Part shown: in pieces, positions 7,655 through 16,235 of the stretch | How positions within the stretch are numbered: position 1 is the first letter of the stretch | How the letters are laid out: every line of letters begins with the position of its first letter | The notes under the pieces: generated by a model | Databases searched by the model: none | Told to the model about the DNA's origin: nothing | What the model saw: the letters and a program-made list of their open reading frames with translations, nothing else | Position numbers and translations under genes: made by a program | DNA from: Dehalococcoidia bacterium | GTDB lineage: Bacteria; Chloroflexota; Dehalococcoidia; Lucifugimonadales; Australimonadaceae | Assembly: GCA_965248455.1 (NCBI GenBank) | Contig: OZ252105.1 | Coordinates: forward strand, 2,682,722 to 2,746,721 | Reading direction: 5' to 3' | DNA length: 64,000 nt

Positions 7655-10162
7655 ATGAATCGTGCTCGTAGGTCCGGTACCGCGGGAGGTGAGACCGTTG
7701 TCGACTTTCTCCGGGGAGCGGTTGAGCAGTACGGGTCTCGCGATGCGCTCCTGTTCAAGCCAGCATTTCGGTACCTGCGCTGGACCTATTCCCGGTTGTG
7801 GGACGAGTCCGGCCAGGTTGCAACCCTCCTCCAACGCCGAGGACTGACGAAGGGGGACCAGGTCATTCTCTGGGGGCCCAACTCTCCTCACTGGGTGCTC
7901 ATCTTCTTTGGCTGCATCAGGGCGGGAGTCATCTTGGTCCCCCTCGACCTTCGCAGCGCACCCGACTACGTCGCAAGGGTCGTATCCAGGACGGATCCGA
8001 AGCTGGCTTTCACATCGCGTTTCACTCCGAAAGGCGACGTAGACCTGAGGATCCCTGAGGTGGCGTTCGAGGAACTGGAAGCTTCCATCGCCGGTTTACC
8101 TGAGCCGGAGCACGTGGACATCAAGCCGGAAGACCTTGCCGAGATCATGTTCACCTCCGGTACGACAGGTGACCCGAAGGGGGTCATGCTTACCCACCGG
8201 AACCTGACGGCCAACATAGAGGGGATATCCCAGTACATCTCCTGTGACCCGTCGAGCAGGCTCCTGTCCATCCTCCCGCTGAGTCACATGTATGAGCAGA
8301 TGGGCGGGCTGTTCATGACCTTGCACCACGGCGCCAGCGTTACGTATCCAACCAGCCGCCAGCCGGCTGTTCTGACCCGGACGATGCGCGAGCGCAAGAT
8401 CACGATCCTGCTACTCGTCCCCCAGGGGTTGGAGCTGCTGATGAACGGGATCGAACGGGAGGTGGCCCGGCAGGGTAAGGAAGCCCTGTGGGGCAAGCTT
8501 CTCAAGGTAGCCGAGCGGACACCGTTCCGGCTGCGGCGTCATCTGTTTCGCCGGGTCCACAAGCAGTTCGGGGGGAAACTCGACTTCATCGTGTCGGGCG
8601 GGGCGGCGCTGGACCCGGACCTCGGACACAAGTGGGAGCTGCTCGGCGTCAAGATAGTACAGGGCTATGGGGCCACCGAGGCATCGCCCGTCATCAGCAA
8701 TCACACCATATGGGAACGGCGCCACGACTCTACGGGCCGTCCGCTGCCGAACGTGGAGGTAAAGATCAGCAGCGCGGGTGAGATATTGGTGCGCGGGGAG
8801 AACATCACTCCGGGTTACTGGCGTGCGCCGGAGGAGACCGCCAAGGCTTTCGATGGCGACTGGTACCGCACGGGGGATCTGGGATATTTCGACGACGAGG
8901 GATTCCTGCACATCCAGGGCCGGATGAAGGACATGATCGTGCTGCCGAGCGGCCAGAACGTCTTCCCTGAGGACATCCAGGCGGTGCTGACGAAGCACCC
9001 GCACGTTACAGATGCGACGGTGGTAGGGCTGGTGAAGGGTTCATCGGTTGAGGTGCATGCTGCCTTGATCCTGGACAACGCTGATACAGCCCCTGAAGCT
9101 GTCTCATGGACCAATGGCCAGTTGGCCGAACAACAGCGGATCAGAGGCTTCACCATCTGGCCGGACGAAGACTTCCCCCGCACCCACACGCTCAAAGTAA
9201 AGAAGCAGGTCGTGATTGATACGATTCTCGGCAAGATACAGCCGGCCAGTTTGGTCGTAGGAACCTCCAGCGGAAGCCCGGCAGGTGGGACAAGAGGTCT
9301 CCTCCACATCATCGGCGAGGTGAGCAAACGAGACCTCAGTGACATCTTGGACGAGGCGACGCTCGGCGACGACCTCGAACTCGACTCGCTTGGTCGGGTC
9401 GAGTTGCTGTCGGCAATCGAAACAGAGCTCGGTGTTTACACGGATGAGGACCAGGTGGGCCCGGAGACGACGGTCCGGCAACTCGCTGACCTCGTGGAGG
9501 AGGGGTCGAAGAACCCACCGATGATGAGTTTTCCGAGTTGGGGCATGCAGTGGTGGTGGCGCATGACCCGCGGATTCCTCCAACGGTCGGTCGTGTTCCC
9601 GTTGACCGCCCTTCCGTATGGCCTGAAGGTGGTGGGGCGCGAGAACCTGGAAGGCATCACTGGCCCGGTGCTCTTCGCATCGAATCACAACCTCGGTCTG
9701 GATAACCCGTTGATTATCAAGGCCGTCCCCCTCAAGTGGCGTCGCCGGATGGCCGTGGCAGGGGCTGCGGATCTCTGGAAGAACCCCATCTGGTGGATCA
9801 TGAACCCTCTGCTGGGCAACGGCTTCCCACTCGCCAGGGAGGGTTCGGTCAGGCCCAGCCTCGAAAACATGGGCAAGGTTATGGATAACGGCTGGTCGGT
9901 GCTGATCTACCCAGAAGGCGAACTCACCGTTGGAGGGCCGATCAAACCCTTCATGAATGGCGCCGGCCTCGTCGCCGTCGAAGGACGGATTCCCGTCGTT
10001 CCGCTCCGGTTACACATCCACAAGCTGGGCTCTCCCCAACGATTCCCCTTCCTCAGGCGGGGGAGCATCGAGGTCCGTTTCGGGGAGCCATTGAGCTTCC
10101 CGCCCGGAACGGACTATCAGGATGCGACAGCGGCCATCGAGAATGCGGTCAAGTCTCTCTGA
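7655..10162 (+). CDS. tri-domain acyl-AMP ligase (AMP-binding) - acyl carrier (PP-binding) - lysophospholipid acyltransferase (PlsC-like) fusion
   Basis: 835 aa. AMP-binding core MFTSGTTGDPKGV and YRTGDLG; carrier motif LGDDLELDSLGRVEL; acyltransferase HX4D (SNHNLGLD) and YPEGE blocks. Confidence 0.85.
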   Translation: MNRARRSGTAGGETVVDFLRGAVEQYGSRDALLFKPAFRYLRWTYSRLWDESGQVATLLQRRGLTKGDQVILWGPNSPHWVLIFFGCIRAGVILVPLDLRSAPDYVARVVSRTDPKLAFTSRFTPKGDVDLRIPEVAFEELEASIAGLPEPEHVDIKPEDLAEIMFTSGTTGDPKGVMLTHRNLTANIEGISQYISCDPSSRLLSILPLSHMYEQMGGLFMTLHHGASVTYPTSRQPAVLTRTMRERKITILLLVPQGLELLMNGIEREVARQGKEALWGKLLKVAERTPFRLRRHLFRRVHKQFGGKLDFIVSGGAALDPDLGHKWELLGVKIVQGYGATEASPVISNHTIWERRHDSTGRPLPNVEVKISSAGEILVRGENITPGYWRAPEETAKAFDGDWYRTGDLGYFDDEGFLHIQGRMKDMIVLPSGQNVFPEDIQAVLTKHPHVTDATVVGLVKGSSVEVHAALILDNADTAPEAVSWTNGQLAEQQRIRGFTIWPDEDFPRTHTLKVKKQVVIDTILGKIQPASLVVGTSSGSPAGGTRGLLHIIGEVSKRDLSDILDEATLGDDLELDSLGRVELLSAIETELGVYTDEDQVGPETTVRQLADLVEEGSKNPPMMSFPSWGMQWWWRMTRGFLQRSVVFPLTALPYGLKVVGRENLEGITGPVLFASNHNLGLDNPLIIKAVPLKWRRRMAVAGAADLWKNPIWWIMNPLLGNGFPLAREGSVRPSLENMGKVMDNGWSVLIYPEGELTVGGPIKPFMNGAGLVAVEGRIPVVPLRLHIHKLGSPQRFPFLRRGSIEVRFGEPLSFPPGTDYQDATAAIENAVKSL

Positions 10163-10348
10163 CTGGCGTCACGCCCACGACTTGGCCAACGAGCCGCTTG
10201 CGCGCGCCGCTTGCGCTAGGCTTGACCAGCAACGACAATCCGTAACTGCCCCACCCACCGTCGCCGTAGCGGTCGGCTCCTTGACAGTCCGCACGAAGGC
10301 TTGCAGTGTTCGCTGGGCACCAGCCATCACTAACCGCCAGGAGTCGTT

Positions 10349-11212
10349 ATGCACGTAGGAGTCGTTTTCCCGCAGAACGAGATCACCGAGGATCCCGCTG
10401 CCGTGCGCGCGTTCGCTCTGGCCGCCGAGGATGAAGGCTACGAGCAGCTGGTGTTCTTCGATCACGTCCTGGGCGCGGACACCCGGAGCAGGCCTGACTG
10501 GCAGGGCCCGTACTCCCACGAGGACATCTTCCACGAACCGTTCGTCACCTTCGGCTACCTGGCCGCGCTGACGAGCCGCATCGAACTCGTTACCGCCGTC
10601 ATCATCCTCCCTCAGCGCCAGACCGTGCTCGTGGCCAAGCAGGCCGCGCAGGTCGACGTGCTCAGCGGTGGGCGGCTGCGCCTCGGCGTCGGCGTCGGCT
10701 GGAACCCCGTGGAGTACGACGGGCTCGGCGAGAACTTCCACAACCGGGGCAAGCGCTCGGAGGAGCAGGTCGAACTGATGCGGGCGCTCTGGACCAACGA
10801 GATCGTCGACTTCCAGGGGAAGTGGCATAACGTCCCCGCCGCAGGCATCAAGCCGCTGCCCGTTCAGCGCCCGATCCCCGTCTGGTTCGGCGGTGGCCGT
10901 TCGGACACCGTGCTCCGCCGTATCGCGCGATTGGGCGACGGCTGGTTCCCCCAGCTACAGCCCGACGACGAGGGCGGGGCGAGAATCGAGCAATTCCGGG
11001 GCTTCGTCGAAGAAGCAGGCCGCCAGCCCGCCGACGTAGGCATCGAGGCGAGGGTTGGCCTGCGTGACGGATTCGACGAAGCCGCACGTGCCTTCGAAGC
11101 GTGGCGTGACCTGGGCGCAACGCACGTCTCCGTCAACACCATGCGCGCCGGTCTCGAAACCCCGGACGACCACATTGCCGCCATCCGCCGCTTCAAGCAG
11201 ATGGTCAGTTAG
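10349..11212 (+). CDS. LLM-class F420/flavin-dependent oxidoreductase
   Basis: 287 aa; LVFFDHVLG, RLRLGVGVGWN, PIPVWFGG typical of the luciferase-like family. Confidence 0.85.
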   Translation: MHVGVVFPQNEITEDPAAVRAFALAAEDEGYEQLVFFDHVLGADTRSRPDWQGPYSHEDIFHEPFVTFGYLAALTSRIELVTAVIILPQRQTVLVAKQAAQVDVLSGGRLRLGVGVGWNPVEYDGLGENFHNRGKRSEEQVELMRALWTNEIVDFQGKWHNVPAAGIKPLPVQRPIPVWFGGGRSDTVLRRIARLGDGWFPQLQPDDEGGARIEQFRGFVEEAGRQPADVGIEARVGLRDGFDEAARAFEAWRDLGATHVSVNTMRAGLETPDDHIAAIRRFKQMVS

Positions 11213-11239
11213 CCCAACCCTGGCTTAAGGAGAACCCCC

Positions 11240-11788
11240 ATGAATCCAGCCCTCATAATCCTCGACATGGCCAAAGGCTACGGGTGGCAGCCCGGCAGCT
11301 ACGGCTATGAGATGGTCGCGAACGTCAAGCGGCTGAAGGAGGCCGCCCACGCCGCCGGTATCCCCGTTATCCACGTGAACTCCATGCGCCGCGAGAGCGA
11401 TCAGGTAGGCGAGTGGTCTCGCGTGATGATGAAGGAGGGCACCGACGCGCTCGATGTGATCCCGGAACTCCAGCCCGTCGACCGCGACACGCTCGTGTAC
11501 AAGCGCTACCTGAGCGGCTTCTCGCATAACGACCTCGACTACGTGCTCCGCACCATGAACCGAGACATGGTCATAATCGCTGGCGCCTCCACGGACAACA
11601 CGGTGCTCTGGACGGCAGCCGACGCCTTCCAACTCCGATATCAGGTCGTCGTCGTTGAAGATTGCACGATGGTGCACCGCGAAGAGGAGCCCCCGGAAGT
11701 GAAGGACTACGCGCTGCGCATCGTCCGCAACGTCCTGCACAGCGAGGTGCTCCCCCTCGACGAGGTGCTGACGCGGTATATCGGCTAG
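11240..11788 (+). CDS. isochorismatase-family hydrolase-like protein
   Basis: ALIILDM...VIHV...MVIIAGASTDNTV layout. The position normally holding the catalytic Cys (TxxCV) reads TDNTV, so it may be a non-canonical member. Confidence 0.7.
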   Translation: MNPALIILDMAKGYGWQPGSYGYEMVANVKRLKEAAHAAGIPVIHVNSMRRESDQVGEWSRVMMKEGTDALDVIPELQPVDRDTLVYKRYLSGFSHNDLDYVLRTMNRDMVIIAGASTDNTVLWTAADAFQLRYQVVVVEDCTMVHREEEPPEVKDYALRIVRNVLHSEVLPLDEVLTRYIG

Positions 11789-11840
11789 CGCGTTCGTTCA
11801 GCGGAGGATGCACCGCCGCCCGCTGAGAGGCGGAATCGGC

Positions 11841-12872
11841 CTACAGCGCGTAGAGCCGGGTGGGGTTGTGGTCGAGAATCTTGTCCACCACCGCGGCATC
11901 GAGCCCCCCGCTCTGACGCAGCTTGCGGAGCGCGTTCAGCTCGGAGGCTGTGTCGTTGTGGCCGTAGTCGGTGCCGAGCATCAGGTGATCCTCGCCCGCG
12001 CAATCGATGAGGTAGTCGATGTCGTCGGTGGTCTGCACCGCTACCCAGATGTTGCGCTCTTCCAGCAGTTCGCGCCCCGGCCACGCCATCCCGCGCTTCT
12101 CGAACCGGAGCGATAGGTCGTTCATGGCGTAGGGAACCCACGATGCGCTCAGCTCGACGAACCCCCAGCGCAGATCCGGGAAGGTCTTGTGCATCCCCTT
12201 CATCACGAGGTCATGGAACGCGCCAACGCCCGAGAGCTTGAACACCGAGAAACCGTTATCGCGCCTGAAGTAGTCGAAGAAGGTGAAATTGCCCGTCCCT
12301 GCGTGGATGCAGACCGGCATATCGAGCCGTTGCGCCTCCTCCCAGAGCGGGTGCATGTAGGGGTCGCTCAGTCGATGCGTGCCCTCGATGCCGCGCACGA
12401 ACACCGCGCAGGCGCCGTTCTCCTTGCCGAACTGCATCTCCTCCAGCGACTTGTCGATGGACATCAGCGGCAGCACGACGGCCCACCGGAGCCGCCCGCC
12501 ACCTTGGCGGTAGATGTCCGCGAGCCAGCGGTTGTACCCCATCACCAGCGCCAGCTCTACCTCAGGGTGCGTGGCCAGCGGATTCAGAAACATGGTGGGG
12601 TAGAGGACGTGCATCGAAACCTCGAGTTCGTCCATGTGGGCGAGGCGCTTGGCGATGTCGCTTGCCTCGCGGGTGGCAGCGTCGGTATCAGGGCCCAGGT
12701 TCAGGCCTTTCGTAGAGGCGCGCCCGTCGATATACCAGAACTCAGGAGAAGGACTGATGTAGCCCTCCTTGGGATACAGGACGATAGGCCGCATCGACTG
12801 CATGCTCTCCGGGATGAAATCCCAGGTGTGCTCCGACTCTACGACGTGGGCATCTGCATCGATAACAGCCAC
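11841..12872 (-). CDS. amidohydrolase-2 family (ACMSD-like metal-dependent hydrolase/decarboxylase), tandem copy 1
   Basis: 343 aa; MAVIDADAHVVE (HxH-type metal site), GTDYGHND near the C-terminus. Confidence 0.85.
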   Translation of the reverse strand: MAVIDADAHVVESEHTWDFIPESMQSMRPIVLYPKEGYISPSPEFWYIDGRASTKGLNLGPDTDAATREASDIAKRLAHMDELEVSMHVLYPTMFLNPLATHPEVELALVMGYNRWLADIYRQGGGRLRWAVVLPLMSIDKSLEEMQFGKENGACAVFVRGIEGTHRLSDPYMHPLWEEAQRLDMPVCIHAGTGNFTFFDYFRRDNGFSVFKLSGVGAFHDLVMKGMHKTFPDLRWGFVELSASWVPYAMNDLSLRFEKRGMAWPGRELLEERNIWVAVQTTDDIDYLIDCAGEDHLMLGTDYGHNDTASELNALRKLRQSGGLDAAVVDKILDHNPTRLYAL

Positions 12873-13117
12873 AGCAATCCTCCTTCGAGTGAGCCATGCG
12901 TTGAGCCTTGCGTACTATGTCCGGACCTTACCGCAGCCCCGTACCGGCGACAATAGCAGCGTGAGACCGGTGTATGAGAGGGCAGGGGGTTATCGGAGAC
13001 GCGGGCCGACCCTCGACGAGGCGCAGACGCGGTGTGTCGGCTGGCGCGTTAGTTCAGCGGGGGGATGTGCCCGCCGCCGATCAGATCGGGGACGATACGG
13101 GCGTGTCTTCAACCGGC

Positions 13118-14149
13118 CTACAGTGCGTAGAGCCGGGTGGGGTTGTGGTCGAGAATCTTATCCGCTACCGCGTCGTCGAGCCCTCCGTTCTGACGCAGAT
13201 TGCGGAGCGCGTTCAGTTCAGTCGCCGTGTCGTTGTGGCCGTAGTCGGTGCCGAGCACCAGGTGGTCGTCGCCCGCGCAATCGATGATGTAATCGATGTT
13301 GTCGGCGGTTTGGATCGCGACCCATATGTTGCGCTCTGCCAGCAGCTCACGCCCAGGCCACGCCATCCCGCGCTTCTCGAACCGGAGCGACAGGTCGTTC
13401 ATGGCGTAGGGCAGCCACGAGGCGCTCAGTTCGACGAAGCCCCAGCGCAGATCCGGGAAAGTCTTGTGCACACCTTTCATCACGATGTCATGGAACGCGC
13501 CGACGCCGGAGAGCTTGAACGTAGAGAAACCGGCGTCGCGCCCGAAGTAGTCGAAGAAGGAGAAATTCCCCGTCGCTGCGTGGATGCAGACCGGCAGATC
13601 GAGCCGTTGCGCCTCCTCCCAGAGCGGGTGCATATAGGGGTCGCTCAGCCGGTGAGGACCCTCGATGCCGCGCATGAACACTGCGCAGGCGCCGTTCTCC
13701 TTGCCGAACTGCATCTCCTCTATCGACTTGTCGATAGACATAGTGGGCAGCACCACAGCCCACCGGAGCCGTCCGCCGCCCTGGCGGTGGATGTCCGCAA
13801 GCCAGCGGTTGTACCCCATCGCCAGCGCCAGGTCCACCTCGGGGTGCGTGGCCAGCGGACGCAGGAACATGCTGGGGTAGAGGACGTGCATCGAAACATC
13901 GAGTTCGTCCATGTGAGCGAGGCGCTTGGCGATGTCGCTCGCCTCGCGGGTGGCCTCGTCGGTATCGAGGCCGACGTTGACGCCCTTCGTGAACGCGCGT
14001 CCGTCGATATACCAGAACTCAGGAGAGGGGCTCTTGTAGCCCTCCTTGGGGTACAGGACGATGGGCCGCAGCGACTGCATGCTCTCAGGGATGAAATCCC
14101 AGGTACGCTCCGACTCTACGACATGGGCATCTGCATCGATAACCGCCAC
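13118..14149 (-). CDS. amidohydrolase-2 family, tandem copy 2
   Basis: 343 aa, colinear with 11841..12872 with only scattered substitutions. Same motifs; duplication period 1277 bp. Confidence 0.85.
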   Translation of the reverse strand: MAVIDADAHVVESERTWDFIPESMQSLRPIVLYPKEGYKSPSPEFWYIDGRAFTKGVNVGLDTDEATREASDIAKRLAHMDELDVSMHVLYPSMFLRPLATHPEVDLALAMGYNRWLADIHRQGGGRLRWAVVLPTMSIDKSIEEMQFGKENGACAVFMRGIEGPHRLSDPYMHPLWEEAQRLDLPVCIHAATGNFSFFDYFGRDAGFSTFKLSGVGAFHDIVMKGVHKTFPDLRWGFVELSASWLPYAMNDLSLRFEKRGMAWPGRELLAERNIWVAIQTADNIDYIIDCAGDDHLVLGTDYGHNDTATELNALRNLRQNGGLDDAVADKILDHNPTRLYAL

Positions 14150-14317
14150 AGCAATCCTCCCTGGTGCGCCCTTGGTACTGAGCGCGAACTTTACCGCAGC
14201 CTACTACTGGCGACAATACCAAGGGCGCAACGTTTAGCCGATGGAAGGTTAGGGAGTGAGACGCAGGCCGCCTCCGGAGGGCGCCATATAGAGCGGCACG
14301 ATTCGCTCCACTGCTCT

Positions 14318-14345
14318 ATGGTAGGCGCATGATGGTAGGCGCATG
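14318..14345. repeat. perfect 14-bp direct tandem ATGGTAGGCGCATG x2 in a divergent promoter region
   Basis: Read directly; ends 37 nt upstream of ATG 14382. Possible operator. Confidence 0.5.
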
Positions 14346-14381
14346 CGCGAAACGGAATAGAACGGAAAGAGGAGATCAGCC

Positions 14382-15161
14382 ATGCCTTCGGTAGAGGTTC
14401 TGCTGCACGGGGAATCCATCACCACCAACTACGGCTCGCTCGGCTACTGCAGCACACTGCTCGTGAGGGGAGACCGCCACAACATCATCGTCGACACCGG
14501 ACACGTCGGCAGACGCCGCTCGTTGCTGGCCGTGCTCGCTGAGCGTGACATGCAGCCCTCGGACATCGACGTTGCCGTGATGACGCATGCGCATTGGGAT
14601 CACGCTCAGAACTACGACATATTTGACCACGCGCAGGTGCTCATTCACCGGTGGGAACGGCTGTACGTCCGCAACCCCCACGGCAACGACTGGGCAACCC
14701 CCCGCTGGACGAGCGCGATGCTCGACTCGCTCTCCAACGTCATCGAGGTCGAGGACGGCTACGAGATCGAGCCCGGCGTTCGCGTCCTCCACACGCCCGG
14801 ACACTCGGCGGGTACGATGGCGCTCATCGTCGAAACGCTCCAGGGCCCGGTCGCGGTAACCGGAGACGGCATCGCCCATGCGCAGGTGGCCGTCACCAAG
14901 ATCAACGCCAACATCTTCTGGAACGAGGAAGACTCGCGCCGGAGCATCGAGCGCGTGCTGGAGTCGGCGGAGGTCGTCTACCCCGGGCACGACCTTCCAT
15001 TCCGCGTTCTGCGCGATGGGGGAGTAGAGCATCTGGGCACCCGCCAATTGGAGTTCTACGGCCTTGATCTGAAAGACCCCAAGGTGTCGGTCGACCCGGA
15101 GCGGCGTCCACCGTTCGTCATGCCCAACATCGAAGAGCAGACGCTTGACCGCATCAGCTAG
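14382..15161 (+). CDS. MBL-fold metallo-hydrolase
   Basis: THAHWDHAQN (HxHxDH), HTPGHSAG; good SD (AAAGAGGAG) upstream. Confidence 0.85.
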   Translation: MPSVEVLLHGESITTNYGSLGYCSTLLVRGDRHNIIVDTGHVGRRRSLLAVLAERDMQPSDIDVAVMTHAHWDHAQNYDIFDHAQVLIHRWERLYVRNPHGNDWATPRWTSAMLDSLSNVIEVEDGYEIEPGVRVLHTPGHSAGTMALIVETLQGPVAVTGDGIAHAQVAVTKINANIFWNEEDSRRSIERVLESAEVVYPGHDLPFRVLRDGGVEHLGTRQLEFYGLDLKDPKVSVDPERRPPFVMPNIEEQTLDRIS

Positions 15162-15236
15162 ACTGATGCCCGCAGTGCTGTCGCAGAAGCGGGACTGCCG
15201 TTTCGCTTCAATTTGCTCATCAGTGCTTTTCGGTGC

Positions 15237-15264
15237 TTGACAATGCTTGCGCACGCTGTATGAT
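15237..15264 (+). promoter_or_regulatory. sigma-70-like promoter, RNA unit 1
   Basis: TTGACA (15237-15242), 16-nt spacer, TATGAT (15259-15264). Confidence 0.55.
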
Positions 15265-15270
15265 GCCGCT

Positions 15271-15385
15271 TGTCCTGAGTGACTGAGGATGGAGTGCCAA
15301 GGGAGGCACGCTGGCCGGGCAACCGGACAAGCCGAATCCCGGAAGGCGCCCCGGGCGCCCCGGTTGCTCAGGACACTTTTTTGTT
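15271..15385 (+). ncRNA. unclassified structured RNA, copy 1 (riboswitch-like leader or sRNA) ending in a U-tract
   Basis: P1 GTCCTGAG(15272-79)/CTCAGGAC(15367-74); hairpin GTGCC-AAGGGA-GGCAC(15294-15309); CAACCGG(15320-26)/CCGGTTG(15360-66); CCCGG(15338-42)/CCGGG(15351-55); then ACTTTTTTGTT. Confidence 0.5.
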
Positions 15386-15586
15386 CCTCGCGAACCTCCT
15401 CCACACTCTTGCCGCACAGCGTGATGTCCTGTCGTATCCCGCGCTGTCCACCCGTTGACCTCGCACAGACGGGAGCCTCGCATCCCCCGCCCGCGGATCG
15501 ACCGGGCGAGGGCGGTGCGTAGCGAGGAGCAACGCCTCTCCATCGTTCCTCTATCGGGAACCCAGGGAAATTGCTTGCGAAAATAC

Positions 15587-15616
15587 TTGACAATGCTTGC
15601 GTATGCTGTAATGCTG
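15587..15616 (+). promoter_or_regulatory. sigma-70-like promoter, RNA unit 2
   Basis: TTGACA (15587-15592) in the same ATGCTTGCG context as unit 1. The -10 is less clear (TGTAAT/TAATGC around 15607-15616). Confidence 0.45.
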
Positions 15617-15620
15617 CCGT

Positions 15621-15739
15621 TTGTCCTGAGTGACTGAGGATTGGGTAGCCCCAAGGGAGGCTGGCGAACCGGGCAACCGGAGAGCCGAACCCCGGAACGG
15701 CAGCCCGGGCGCCCTGGTTGCTCAGGACACTTTTTTGTT
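15621..15739 (+). ncRNA. unclassified structured RNA, copy 2, immediately upstream of the glcG-like operon
   Basis: Same four helices: GTCCTGAG(15623-30)/CTCAGGAC(15721-28). The hairpin stem changes to AGCC/GGCT around the same AAGGGA loop (compensatory change). CAACCGG/CTGGTTG keeps pairing through a G.U. Ends in ACTTTTTTGTT. Confidence 0.5.
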
Positions 15740-15824
15740 CATCGCGACCCTCTCCTCCCAGCCCGCCGTCCCCCAACGTGCGCCCGTTTGCGCTATCCTC
15801 CCTCCGACAAGGAGGACGCAACCC

Positions 15825-16226
15825 GTGGAACCGCTTACCCTCGACGAAGCAGCCCGCATGTTATCCAAGGCCCGCGCCAAGGCCGAGGAGATGGGCATCA
15901 GAGTAACCATGGCCGTCCTCGACCCTCGCGGCGACCTCCTGGCGTTGCACCGGATGGACGGCGCGCTCTGGCGCAGCGTCCCCATTTCGCAGGGCAAGGC
16001 CGCCGCCTCCGCGGCATGGGACACCCCCAGTGGAGAGCTGGCTGAACGCTGGGATCAGCCCGTCGTCCGAGCGTTCGCGATGATGGAGAACGGAAGGCTC
16101 ATTCCAGGGCAGGGCGCTCTCCCGATCCGACGCCCCGACGGCACGATGGTCGGTGCGATCGGCGTCAGCGGCGCCCGTCCCGCTCAGGACGAGGCCGTCG
16201 CGCAGGCCGGATTGGACGCGCTTTAA
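15825..16226 (+). CDS. GlcG/HbpS-like (DUF336) heme-binding family protein
   Basis: In frame with ORF 15630..16226. GTG 15825 lies 8 nt after AAGGAGGA. GAIGVSGA and QDEAVA motifs typical of DUF336. Confidence 0.75.
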   Translation: MEPLTLDEAARMLSKARAKAEEMGIRVTMAVLDPRGDLLALHRMDGALWRSVPISQGKAAASAAWDTPSGELAERWDQPVVRAFAMMENGRLIPGQGALPIRRPDGTMVGAIGVSGARPAQDEAVAQAGLDAL

Positions 16227-16235
16227 GCGCCCGCC

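Noticed and set aside
12974-14332. 452-aa plus-strand ORF (and 12189..12956, 255 aa) covering the amidohydrolase copies
   Set aside because: These are antisense shadow ORFs of clearly recognisable minus-strand amidohydrolase genes in high-GC DNA. The translations are Arg/Ala/Val/His-rich with no motifs.
15272-15385. Assignment of the tandem RNA to the SAM-I/SAM-IV riboswitch family
   Set aside because: Only the string GCUGGCCGGGCAACC and a GCCCCGGG segment resemble my memory of the SAM-I/IV core. The kink-turn/P2-P4 layout and the downstream gene functions do not fit, so it is left unclassified pending cmscan.
14376-15821. 481-aa minus-strand ORF
   Set aside because: It runs antisense through the MBL hydrolase gene and through both promoter/RNA/terminator units. 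The composition is low-complexity, and the plus-strand features explain the region.
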